Source: Alphaproteobacteria bacterium (GTDB taxonomy: Bacteria; Pseudomonadota; Alphaproteobacteria; JACZXZ01). From it: DNA of 61,505 nucleotides. The position numbers were made by a program, and so were the translations under genes. A model generated the notes under the pieces. The model did not search any database, was not told where the DNA came from, and saw only the letters and a list, made by a program, of their open reading frames with translations. Below, piece after piece: positions 49,366 through 58,163 of this stretch. The DNA lies in contig DASPOR010000122.1 of assembly GCA_035625915.1 (NCBI GenBank), forward strand, positions 1 through 61,505, given 5' to 3'. Each line of letters begins with the position of its first letter. Position 1 is the first letter of the stretch.

Positions 49366-49448
49366 AGTGCAATGCAACGCCATTATTCGAATTTCAGTCG
49401 ACCCGATTGTCGATAATTCGCCGCGGCTCGGTGCGGTCATTAGCCCTC

Positions 49449-49478
49449 CTTGATTGGGTCGCGTCGCATGCCCAGATA
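49449..49478 (+). promoter_or_regulatory. RpoH (sigma32)-type promoter of hsp20
   Basis: CTTGAT-N16-CCCAGATA upstream of a small heat-shock gene. Confidence 0.65.
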
Positions 49479-49542
49479 ATACGGTGTGACGGCGCCATGC
49501 CGGCCGCCACAGGGGCGCCCGAAAGGGGCCCGGATGATGGCA

Positions 49543-49563
49543 CTTCGCTCGCCGACGAGGAGG
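49543..49563 (+). ncRNA. ROSE-like RNA thermometer (SD-sequestering hairpin)
   Basis: CUUC-G-CUCG-ccga-CGAG-GAGG: U(U/C)GCU motif with a bulged G paired across the SD, 7 nt before the hsp20 ATG. Confidence 0.7.
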
Positions 49564-49570
49564 TTGCAGG

Positions 49571-50068
49571 ATGTCCCGCCTGACGCTTTTCAACAGTCCG
49601 CTCTTGCTCGGCTTCGACCATTTCGAGGAGGCTCTCGAGCGGGTTTCGAAGGCCGCGGCGGATGGTTATCCGCCTTACAATATCGAGCAATGCGAAGAGG
49701 ATGGTCTGCGCATTACGCTTGCGGTGGCGGGCTTCACCGAAGGCGAGCTCGCGATCCAGCTCGAGGACAATCAACTTGTCATTCGCGGCAAGCAGATCGA
49801 GGACGAGCGCGACCGCGTCTTCCTCCATCGCGGGATCGCGGCACGACAGTTCCAACGTAGTTTTATCCTTGCCGATGGCATCGAGGTGGTGCGGGCCTAT
49901 CTGGATAACGGCCTGCTTCACGTCGAGTTGCGGCGCCCGCCCGCGGCGAGTCGAATTCGTCAGATCAAGATCGACTCTGCAAAATCCGACACGCCGAACA
50001 AGCGTCAAAATCGGAAGGTGGAGACGATTGAGGCGCCCGCCGCGAGAATCGAGACCCGAGGAGCGTGA
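49571..50068 (+). CDS. Small heat shock protein Hsp20 (IbpA/HspH-like)
   Basis: LLGFDHFE, GYPPYNIE, ITLAVAGF, FLHRGIAARQFQRSF, LDNGLLHV. Confidence 0.96.
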   Translation: MSRLTLFNSPLLLGFDHFEEALERVSKAAADGYPPYNIEQCEEDGLRITLAVAGFTEGELAIQLEDNQLVIRGKQIEDERDRVFLHRGIAARQFQRSFILADGIEVVRAYLDNGLLHVELRRPPAASRIRQIKIDSAKSDTPNKRQNRKVETIEAPAARIETRGA

Positions 50069-50136
50069 AGTGCGAAAAATCAGGGATGGAGGACGCCGGC
50101 GCTTATGATGGGGCCGCGAGAGATTAGAGAACGACC

Positions 50137-50355
50137 ATGAGCGACATGATCAACGATATCCGACACTTGTCTTCCCGGGAATTTTTTGCCCTCGGGGTGC
50201 AGAACATCGCCTATGTAAAGGAAGTGGTCGAAGACGGTGTAACCGCCTTTGCAATTCATGCGGCAGATGGTTCCCGCCTGGGACTTGCCAAAACGCGCGA
50301 TCTTGCTATTGCCGCCTTGAAGCAGCACGACCTCGAACCGCTCAGCGTGCATTGA
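50137..50355 (+). CDS. DUF1150 family protein
   Basis: FALGV..IAYVK, AIHAADG..L, QHDLEPLSVH; usual partner downstream of hsp20. Confidence 0.88.
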   Translation: MSDMINDIRHLSSREFFALGVQNIAYVKEVVEDGVTAFAIHAADGSRLGLAKTRDLAIAALKQHDLEPLSVH

Positions 50356-50522
50356 TTTTCCGGATTTATCGGGGATATCTGCGCCGCTCAAGGGGCGATG
50401 GCGCACCTCGCTCCGCGGTCGAGCGAATCGCGCGCGACAATGAGTGAAACTTTTTGCATCGTCGCTTGCGGCATGCACATGTGCCGCCGCCGCGGCGAAG
50501 CCTCATTTCCTGGCTGACGGTT

Positions 50523-50987
50523 TCAGGCGGCCCTGCTCGCGGTCGCGTCGGTTAGAAGCGCATAGAGCGCTTCCGCCGTGTCGGAGCCGCGCAGCTTTTC
50601 GCAAATACCGCGGTCGCGCAAAAGGCGTGAAATGCGGGCGAGTGCCTTCAGATGGTCTGCGCCGGCCTGGTCGGGGGCGAGGAGCAGGAAAATGAGATCG
50701 ACGGGTTGTTCGTCGATTGCTTCGAAATTAATCGGCGTTTCAAGGCGCGCGAAAAGTCCATAAAGCCGGTCGAGATTGGCGAGCTTTCCGTGCGGAATTG
50801 CAATGCCGTTTCCGACACCGGTGGTGCCCAAACGCTCGCGCTCGATGAGCACTTCGAAAATCCGCCGCTCCGGCACGCTCGTCAACTCGGCGGCGCGCTT
50901 GGCGAGCTCCTGAAGTGCCTGCTTCTTGCTCGTTACTTTCAAGTGCGGCACGACGCTTTGCAGGGTGATCAGATTATTAATTTCCAT
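50523..50987 (-). CDS. ptsN: PTS EIIA(Ntr)
   Basis: SKKQALQEL, RERLGTTGVGNGIAIPHG, FEAIDEQPVDL, GADHLKALARISR. Confidence 0.96.
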   Translation of the reverse strand: MEINNLITLQSVVPHLKVTSKKQALQELAKRAAELTSVPERRIFEVLIERERLGTTGVGNGIAIPHGKLANLDRLYGLFARLETPINFEAIDEQPVDLIFLLLAPDQAGADHLKALARISRLLRDRGICEKLRGSDTAEALYALLTDATASRAA

Positions 50988-51594
50988 CTTTACTCCTCTG
51001 CCGCGGCGACTTGACATTCGCCGCCGCGGGGTCGACCCAGCCGATATTTCCATCCGGCCGTCGGTAGACCATGTTAAGCCCTCCATGCGCAATATTGCGG
51101 AACAGCATGGCGGGAAGTTCCGCGAGATCGAGACGCATCACGGCCTCGCCCACGGTCATCGTGTCGATCGCGGTCGTAAGCTCGGCGATGACGACTGGCT
51201 TGTCGCCATTGGTAAGATCCTCCTCGCGATCATCGTCCCTTCCCGCCGCCAGGACGTATTGCTGGGCCACCAGCGAAGCCTCGGCCTGGTCCTGTCGCTT
51301 GTGGTGGTCGCGCAAGCGCCGCTTGTACCGCCGCAAACGCTTGGCGACACGCTCCGCCGCGGTATCGAACGCCGGATAGGGCTCGGCCGCATCCGAATGC
51401 GCCTGCACCATGATGTTGTGCCCAACGCGGACCGCAATGTCGGCGCGATAAAGGTGCGCGTGACGCGACAACACGACGTGAGCGTCGAGCGCGTTGCCAA
51501 AGTATTTGTCGACCGCCGCCGCAAGGGTCGTCTCGACATGGCTCCGCAGCGCATCGCCGACGTCGAGCTGCTTGCCTGATACGGAAACCTGCAT
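50977..51594 (-). CDS. hpf: Ribosome hibernation promoting factor (long HPF)
   Basis: VSGKQLDVGDALR, KRLRRYKRRLRDH, MTVGEAVMRLDL, NMVYRRPDGNIGW. Confidence 0.94.
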   Translation of the reverse strand: MQVSVSGKQLDVGDALRSHVETTLAAAVDKYFGNALDAHVVLSRHAHLYRADIAVRVGHNIMVQAHSDAAEPYPAFDTAAERVAKRLRRYKRRLRDHHKRQDQAEASLVAQQYVLAAGRDDDREEDLTNGDKPVVIAELTTAIDTMTVGEAVMRLDLAELPAMLFRNIAHGGLNMVYRRPDGNIGWVDPAAANVKSPRQRSKDGN

Positions 51595-51677
51595 GGTCGA
51601 TCTGTTCCGCGCAATCCGCCCGGTCAAACACTCACGCGTCGGCCCACCCGCGTGGGGGCCTGATATCGAGGCGCCGG

Positions 51678-51706
51678 ACCATAGTGAGACCGTGAACCCA
51701 AGTCAA
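51678..51706 (-). promoter_or_regulatory. Internal sigma70 promoter for hpf-ptsN
   Basis: TTGACT-N17-TATGGT on the minus strand between rpoN and hpf. Confidence 0.6.
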
Positions 51707-51737
51707 GCGCACCTCCCCTTCTCACACAAGTCTTTCA

Positions 51738-53315
51738 TTATTCTGCCGATTTCAGCCGCCGGCGCTGCACCGAGGAAGGAATTCGCAATGCTTCCCGATA
51801 CTTGGCGACAGTGCGGCGCGCGATATCGACGCCGTCCTTGTTAAGGATTTCCACGATGCGATCATCCGAGAGAACCTCATCCGGCTTCTCGGCATCGATG
51901 AGCGTCTTGATGCGGTGCCGCACCGCCTCGGCAGAGTGCGCCGCCCCGCCCTCCGAACTCGCGATCGACGAGGTGAAGAAATACTTGAGCTCGAACATGC
52001 CACGCGGCGTCGACATATATTTATTGGTGGTGACACGGCTGACCGTGCTCTCGTGCATTTCTATGGCGTCGGCGATGTCTCGCAAGACCAGTGGCTTGAG
52101 AAATTGCACGCCATAGGCGAAGAAATCATCCTGCTGACGCACGATCTCGCTCGCGACCTTGAGAATTGTGGTCGCGCGCTGGTGCAGCGACTTGACGAGC
52201 CAGTTGGCCGATTGAAAGCGCTCGGAAAGATAGTCTTTCTCGTCCTTGTTTTTGATCTCCTTGTTGACGCGCGCGTAATACTGCAAGTTCACGAGTACGC
52301 GCGGGAGCGTGTCATTGTTGAGTTCGATCTGCCATCCCCCGTCGGGATGGGGGCGCATGATGACATCGGGTGTTACCGGTTGCGCCACGATATTGTCGAA
52401 TGCCAGGCCGGGCTTGGGATTGAGCGCCTTGATCTCGGCCATCATCTCGACGAGATCTTCCTGGTTCACGTCGCAAAGCTTGCGCAAGGCGGCCATGTCG
52501 CGCTTACCGAGTACGTCGAGATGGTCGAGCAGCTTCGCCATGCAAGGATCAAAGCGGCCGCGATCACGGAGCTGGAGGGCCAGGCATTCCTTTAGGTCGC
52601 GCGCGAAGATGCCGGGCGGATCGAGTTGCTGGAGCCGAAGGAGTGTCGCCTCCACCCGCTCGGCGCCGCAGCCGAGCTGCTGCGCGACCGACTCGAGCTC
52701 GGCGCTAAGGTAGCCCGCCTCGTCGAGCAGATCCACAAGGTGCACGCCGATCATGCGGTCGACCGGATCGGTCAAATCCATGTTGAGCTGCTCGACCAGG
52801 TAGTCTCGCAAACTGACCGTATCGGTGAGCGTCTGTTCGAGATTGAAGCTTGGATCGTCAAAGCTGCCGCCACGCCCGTTGCCCCAACTCGATCCCCCGT
52901 CGGGTAGGGGGCCGGCGATCTCCGCGGCGCTCGATTCTTCCCAAAGATTTTCATACTCGGTGTCGAGTGGGGCGTCGTTCTTCGACCCGAGCGAGGTCTC
53001 GTTAGCGAGTTCAGCCGTATCGCGTTGCGTTACGTCGAGGGATTCGCCAGGCTCGCCGTCATCCTCGGCGCTCTCCGAGCCGGCGGCGCCGATGCCATTC
53101 TCCTCTGCCGCTTCGGCCGACGGCGATTCGCCGCTTGCAATCGCGTCCTCAGTCGGCTCGACGCGCTCGAGCAGCGGATTCTGCTCGATCTCCTGCTCGA
53201 CGAAGGCCGCGAGCTCGAGGTTCGACATCTGCAGCAGCTTGATTGCCTGCTGCAATTGCGGCGTCATCACCAGCGATTGCGTTAGTCGCTGATCGAGACG
53301 CGTGGTGATCGCCAT
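51738..53315 (-). CDS. rpoN: RNA polymerase sigma-54 factor
   Basis: LVMTPQLQQAIKLLQ, HESTVSR, ELKYFF, RpoN box ARRTVAKYRE. Confidence 0.98.
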   Translation of the reverse strand: MAITTRLDQRLTQSLVMTPQLQQAIKLLQMSNLELAAFVEQEIEQNPLLERVEPTEDAIASGESPSAEAAEENGIGAAGSESAEDDGEPGESLDVTQRDTAELANETSLGSKNDAPLDTEYENLWEESSAAEIAGPLPDGGSSWGNGRGGSFDDPSFNLEQTLTDTVSLRDYLVEQLNMDLTDPVDRMIGVHLVDLLDEAGYLSAELESVAQQLGCGAERVEATLLRLQQLDPPGIFARDLKECLALQLRDRGRFDPCMAKLLDHLDVLGKRDMAALRKLCDVNQEDLVEMMAEIKALNPKPGLAFDNIVAQPVTPDVIMRPHPDGGWQIELNNDTLPRVLVNLQYYARVNKEIKNKDEKDYLSERFQSANWLVKSLHQRATTILKVASEIVRQQDDFFAYGVQFLKPLVLRDIADAIEMHESTVSRVTTNKYMSTPRGMFELKYFFTSSIASSEGGAAHSAEAVRHRIKTLIDAEKPDEVLSDDRIVEILNKDGVDIARRTVAKYREALRIPSSVQRRRLKSAE

Positions 53316-53326
53316 GACGCCGGCCT

Positions 53327-54136
53327 TCAGAGGCTAAAGCGTTCGCCAAGATAGACGCGTCGTACGTCTTCGTGCGCCACGATCTCGTCGGGCTTGCCCT
53401 CCATCAGCACCTGACCGTTATGGATGATGTACGCTCGGTCGACGATATCGAGGGTCTCGCGCACGTTGTGATCCGTGATAAGCACGCCGATGCCGCGATC
53501 CTTGAGATGCGACACGAGGTCCCGGATGTCGCTGAGTGCTATGGGATCGATGCCGGCCAGCGGCTCATCCAGCAGGATGAAGTGCGGCTGGGAGGCAAGG
53601 GCCCGCGCAATCTCGCAGCGCCGTCGTTCGCCGCCGGAAAGGGCTAGTGCCGGCGCGCGCCGCAAATGCGTGATCGAAAATTCGGCGAGCAGGTCGTCGA
53701 GCATGATTTCGCGCTTGTCGCGATCCTGTTCCACGACTTCAAGTACGGCGCGGATGTTCTGTTCGACCGAAAGGCCGCGAAAGATCGACGGCTCTTGGGG
53801 CAGATAGCCGATCCCGAGACGCGCACGCCGATACATCGGCAAGTCCGTGATGTCTTGGCTGTCGAGCAGGATACTGCCGTAATCGGCGGAAATGAGTCCG
53901 GTTATGATATAAAAGCACGTCGTCTTACCCGCACCGTTGGGGCCGAGCAATCCGACCGCCTCGCCGCGCTGGACAAAAATGCTGACGTTGCGCACGACAG
54001 GACGCTTTTTGAAGCGTTTTCCGAGGTTCCTGGCCTGAAGACCCGAATTGTCCGCGACGAGCCGCGGACGAGGCGGCACTTCGCCGAACGCCGGTGTCCG
54101 AACTATTTCGCTGCGTCCGTCGCTCACGCGCTCCAC
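53327..54136 (-). CDS. lptB: LPS export ABC transporter ATPase
   Basis: GPNGAGKTT, YLPQEPSIFR, LSGGERRR, LDEPLAGIDP, ITDHNVRETL, VYLGE.F. Confidence 0.97.
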   Translation of the reverse strand: MERVSDGRSEIVRTPAFGEVPPRPRLVADNSGLQARNLGKRFKKRPVVRNVSIFVQRGEAVGLLGPNGAGKTTCFYIITGLISADYGSILLDSQDITDLPMYRRARLGIGYLPQEPSIFRGLSVEQNIRAVLEVVEQDRDKREIMLDDLLAEFSITHLRRAPALALSGGERRRCEIARALASQPHFILLDEPLAGIDPIALSDIRDLVSHLKDRGIGVLITDHNVRETLDIVDRAYIIHNGQVLMEGKPDEIVAHEDVRRVYLGERFSL

Positions 54137-54139
54137 CTC

Positions 54140-55252
54140 CTAATTATCCTTACTCGCAGACGGTTTGCTGGCTGGCTTGCCGCCCGACGCAGCACCCGAG
54201 GAGGACGAGTCCTGTCCGGTCCCATTGTCGTCGGGCGGTTTGGGCACCAGCAGACCTCGCACTCTATCTTCCTTGGCGCAGGTGAACAGCCGGCTGATCC
54301 CCGTATTCGTGTTCACCTCCGCGCATTCACCGTTCAGCTGATCCTGACCGCGCGTGATTTTAACCTGTCCCTTGAGGATTGCGATACCGCTATCAAGGTT
54401 ATAGTCGCCGTAGAGCGCACGTGCGGTTGCATTCGGGGACGTGATCACAACATTTCCGAACGCCTCGATATTGCTCATCTGGAGGTTACCTTTGGCGTCG
54501 GGCTTGAAATGGGCCTCCATGACATTGGCGCGGACCGATTTATCCTCTTGAATCGCGGTGGCGTCGCCACGCGCGACGGCGTATTGGCGGTGTTGCCAAT
54601 ACTCCAAGCTGTCCCTCGCGGTGATGCGCGCCTTGGGTGTATCAAGCTCGGGTTTTTGACCGGTTAACACAAAAATCGCGTTGTCGACGTCGTAGACCGC
54701 GCGGTCGCCGACGGCGGTGTCCGTCGCAGTCGTGATCTTGACGGCGCCATTGGCTTCGAGCCGCCAGACGTCCGACCCACCCGTGTCGGTCTTGCGATAA
54801 TAGGCCTGGAGGATATCGCCATAAACCGTTACGTCACCGCGCTTTGCCTTGGCATTGCCACGTGCGATATAGAGCTGCTTTTGTTGCTGCCACTCAATAC
54901 CCTGCTCCGCTTCGACGGCGACCGGCTCGCCATTCTTGCCGCCCGAGAGGCCAAGAACACCCTGATCGGGTGCTGGCTCTGCGCCAACAGCCTTGCCCGT
55001 GTCCTGAGATTTGCCCGTATTCTGGTCCTGAGCTTTGGGTTGAGCCGGCGGCGTACTCGGCGCTGGGCCGGTAACCGAAGCAGGCGGCGCATCGGGAAGC
55101 GCTTGCTCGGAGGGTGCTTGACTTGTGCCGCTGCTGCCGGCGGTTGACTTCGCCCCTTGCGCAAGTGCTGAAGTACCCGGAAGGGCAAGTGCCGCCGAGA
55201 GCGAAAGCGACAAGATGACGGCGAGATGAGGCAGGCGCGCGCGCATTTTCAT
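54140..55252 (-). CDS. lptA: LptA/OstA family protein with two tandem OstA domains
   Basis: Signal peptide, Pro/Ala-rich linker, two repeats (xEx..xARG.A...; EAxGxVxIT..xTA.G..xY); lies between lptC and lptB. Confidence 0.85.
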   Translation of the reverse strand: MKMRARLPHLAVILSLSLSAALALPGTSALAQGAKSTAGSSGTSQAPSEQALPDAPPASVTGPAPSTPPAQPKAQDQNTGKSQDTGKAVGAEPAPDQGVLGLSGGKNGEPVAVEAEQGIEWQQQKQLYIARGNAKAKRGDVTVYGDILQAYYRKTDTGGSDVWRLEANGAVKITTATDTAVGDRAVYDVDNAIFVLTGQKPELDTPKARITARDSLEYWQHRQYAVARGDATAIQEDKSVRANVMEAHFKPDAKGNLQMSNIEAFGNVVITSPNATARALYGDYNLDSGIAILKGQVKITRGQDQLNGECAEVNTNTGISRLFTCAKEDRVRGLLVPKPPDDNGTGQDSSSSGAASGGKPASKPSASKDN

Positions 55253-55944
55253 CCACCAAGTGGATTGGTATCGCCCGCATGCGGCCGAAGATTGAGGTGA
55301 GCCTTGCCCGTGAAAATGACGCGATCGCCCTTGTCGTAGATCCGGAACCCCTCCGCCGTGACTTCGCCCGATGGGCCTTGGCCTTCGACGGGATCGTCGC
55401 CTTCGGCCGTGTTCTTGACGAAGTCGATATGGGCCGAGAGCGTGCGGAAGGCGTAGCCGTCGTCGCGATAGAGGTTGACATTGCCGATAAGGTCGAGCTG
55501 CTGATCCGCCTCGCGATACGCGCCGAAGTCGGATCGGAGCGTCACCCAAGCGCCACGTGAGAGCGTGATGTCGGCTTGCGGCTGCTCGAGGTCCCACACG
55601 TCCGAATTGGGGTTTTTTTTGGTCGAGGACTGCGCCGTGACGGTGTAGGGCTCCCCTTGCTTGTCGGTACCTTGGTAGCGCGGATTGGTCAGACGCTGCT
55701 TCTCCACGTCGTCCTGGGTGATGTTCGCCACGCCGACCACGATCTCATGCTCGTGCTTTCGGAACTCAGGCCAAACGATCACCATGATGACGAGCGCAAG
55801 CCCCACCGCCGGCAGGACCATTTTCATGGCCCCCACGAAGGAGCTGTAATTCGATCCGGCGAGCTCGGCACGCACGCGCGGCGCCTGGATCCGCATGCGC
55901 GTGCGTTTCTCGACCGTCGGATTGGTACCCTTGGCTTGCGCCAT
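55249..55944 (-). CDS. lptC: LPS export periplasmic protein LptC
   Basis: Single N-terminal TM, NPRYQGTD...PY.VTA, LIGNVNL..DDGY, GPSGEVTAEGF, FTGKA.L. Confidence 0.9.
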   Translation of the reverse strand: MAQAKGTNPTVEKRTRMRIQAPRVRAELAGSNYSSFVGAMKMVLPAVGLALVIMVIVWPEFRKHEHEIVVGVANITQDDVEKQRLTNPRYQGTDKQGEPYTVTAQSSTKKNPNSDVWDLEQPQADITLSRGAWVTLRSDFGAYREADQQLDLIGNVNLYRDDGYAFRTLSAHIDFVKNTAEGDDPVEGQGPSGEVTAEGFRIYDKGDRVIFTGKAHLNLRPHAGDTNPLGG

Positions 55945-55964
55945 TCGCTGGTTTTCTCCGAAGC

Positions 55965-57026
55965 TCAGCTTACGCCTGCGCGAAGGCAATCGTGGATGTT
56001 GAGGATGCCGACCGGCCGACCGTCCTCGACCACGAAAAGACAACCGATCCCCAGATTGTCGATCCCGCGCGAATTCATCAGGTTGAGCGCTTCGACCGCG
56101 AGTGCTCGCGGACGGATCGTCTGCGGGCCGTGGGTCATGACGTCACCGACCCGCTTTTCGAGGAGTGCGCCTCCCATATGACGTCGCAGGTCGCCGTCCG
56201 TCACGATCCCGATGAGCTTCCCCGCGTCGTCGATGACGCCGACGCAGCCGAAATGCTTCGCGGTCATGACGAGGAGCGCCTCCGACATGGAAGTCTCGGG
56301 CCGCGTTACGGGAATCTGATCGCCGACATGCATGATGTCGGACACGCGTAACAGGCGGCGGCCGAGCGAGCCGCCGGGATGGAGCACCTGATAATCGTCC
56401 GCGGAAAATCCGCGACGCTCGAGCAGCGCAATCGCGATTGCGTCGCCGAGTGCGAGCATCGCCGTCGTCGAGGTGGTCGGCGCCAAGCCTAGCGGACAAG
56501 CCTCCGGCACGTTCGGCACCAAGAGTGCTACATCCGCTGCCTCCGCGAGAGCACTTTGTGCGCGGCCTGTGATTGCGACGAGCGGGATCGCAAATCGGCG
56601 CGTGTAGGCGACAAGATCTCCAAGCTCGTTCGTCTCGCCAGAGTTGGAGAGTGCCAGTACGGCGTCGTCGCGCGTGATCATGCCAAGATCGCCGTGACTT
56701 GCCTCGGCGGGATGGACGAAAAGCGCTGGCGTTCCGGTGGAAGCGAAAGTCGCCGCGATCTTGCGCGCGATGTGCCCGCTTTTTCCCATGCCGCTCACGA
56801 CCACGCGGCCGGCAACCGCTTGAAGCCGATCGAGTGCCGCGACAAAAGCACCGTCGAGGCCGGCAATGAGACCGTCGAGCGCTGCCGCCTCAAGGCGCAG
56901 AAGCCGGGTGGCGGCGGCCAAGTCGGCATTGTCGCGCGAAGCGACGGCTGCCCGTGCGCCCTGGGGCTCTCCAACTTTGGCGCCAGAGCCGACGGACGAA
57001 CGCTCTGGAGCTGCCTCAGGTCGCAT
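55965..57026 (-). CDS. kdsD: Arabinose-5-phosphate isomerase (KpsF/GutQ; SIS plus CBS domains)
   Basis: GMGKSGHIARK, HPAEASHGDLG, SNSGET, APTTSTT, HPGGSLG, TDGDLRR. Confidence 0.95.
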   Translation of the reverse strand: MRPEAAPERSSVGSGAKVGEPQGARAAVASRDNADLAAATRLLRLEAAALDGLIAGLDGAFVAALDRLQAVAGRVVVSGMGKSGHIARKIAATFASTGTPALFVHPAEASHGDLGMITRDDAVLALSNSGETNELGDLVAYTRRFAIPLVAITGRAQSALAEAADVALLVPNVPEACPLGLAPTTSTTAMLALGDAIAIALLERRGFSADDYQVLHPGGSLGRRLLRVSDIMHVGDQIPVTRPETSMSEALLVMTAKHFGCVGVIDDAGKLIGIVTDGDLRRHMGGALLEKRVGDVMTHGPQTIRPRALAVEALNLMNSRGIDNLGIGCLFVVEDGRPVGILNIHDCLRAGVS

Positions 57027-57125
57027 CCGCTGCCCCCGCATACCTTTGTAAATTCTCACGGATTCTCGATATCCCCAATATGCGCTCCGTTGCCGGTCAC
57101 GTCAATCCGAGTTGGAAAGTGCTGT

Positions 57126-57746
57126 TCAGTGCGCAAAAATGTCCGGTTCCTGCCAGCCGCCCAAATCAAGGTCTGCACGCACGGGCAAAAAAGCGAAGCA
57201 GGCCTCGGCGAGATCGCGCCGACCCTCCCGATCGAGGAGAGCGTCGAGCCGTTCCCGGAGCGCGTGCAAGTACAATACGTCGGACGCCGCGTATTCCAGT
57301 TGCTCGCCGGTCAGCTTCTCGGCCCCCCAATCGGATATTTGCTGCTGCTTATTCAGCTCGACCCCTAAGAGTTCGCGGCAAAGATCCTTGAGGCTGTGCC
57401 TGTCCGTGAAAGTCCTGATAAGTTTCGATGCGACCTTCGTGCAATAGACTGGGCGGCAGCTAACACCGAGATGCGCCCGTAGTGTCGCCAGATCGAAGCG
57501 CGCGAAGTGGAACAGCTTGGTCACCTTCGGATCCGCCAAGAGGGCTGTCAGATTGGGGGCCTCGTATTCGCCGCGGGCGAACTGCACCAAATGACAGTTC
57601 CCATCCCCCGCCGAGAGCTGAACGAGGCAAAGTCGGTCACGATGCGGGTTGAGGCCCATCGTCTCGGTGTCCACCGCGACCACAGCGCCAAAGGCGAGCC
57701 CGGCGGGAAGGTCGCCGCGATGAAGCTTGATCTGATGTGCTTTCAT
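57126..57746 (-). CDS. rnd: Ribonuclease D-like 3'-5' exonuclease (short form)
   Basis: VAVDTETMGL, RDRLCLVQLS, FHFARFD, CTKVASK, SDWGA, YAASDV. Confidence 0.93.
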   Translation of the reverse strand: MKAHQIKLHRGDLPAGLAFGAVVAVDTETMGLNPHRDRLCLVQLSAGDGNCHLVQFARGEYEAPNLTALLADPKVTKLFHFARFDLATLRAHLGVSCRPVYCTKVASKLIRTFTDRHSLKDLCRELLGVELNKQQQISDWGAEKLTGEQLEYAASDVLYLHALRERLDALLDREGRRDLAEACFAFLPVRADLDLGGWQEPDIFAH

Positions 57747-57787
57747 GTCCCTCGACGCCGCCCAATGCCGGTGTCGGTTGCGTGCAA

Positions 57788-57874
57788 TGGTGCCCAGGAG
57801 AAGACTCGAACTTCCACGACCTCGCGGCCACAGGTACCTGAAACCTGCGCGTCTACCAATTCCGCCACCTGGGC
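57788..57874 (-). tRNA. tRNA-Leu(CAG)
   Basis: GCCCAGGTGGCGGAATTGGTAGACGCGCAGGTTTCAGGTACCTGTGGCCGCGAGGTCGTGGAAGTTCGAGTCTTCTCCTGGGCACCA; 87 nt, long variable arm, anticodon CAG. Confidence 0.97.
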
Positions 57875-58163
57875 GTTGGATCGGCACGAATCTTGCGGGC
57901 ACTGCCTATCCCGGCCCAAGTCCGATGTCAACGTCGAAGCTGCAATTTCCACTCAAATGCGGAACGAACTTGTCGCCATCCGCGCCGCATTTCCAGCGTC
58001 CCGCCCCTCCTTTGCGCCGACGATGGTGGATGGAGCCGGTGTTCTTGCGACAAGCCGCCGGACTCGTTAAGAACCATTGGACCGACGATGGTTTCACATC
58101 TCTAATCGGTCGACGAGTGTGGCGAATCCGAAATCCACCACACGAGCGAAGGGGAGCTAGGTC

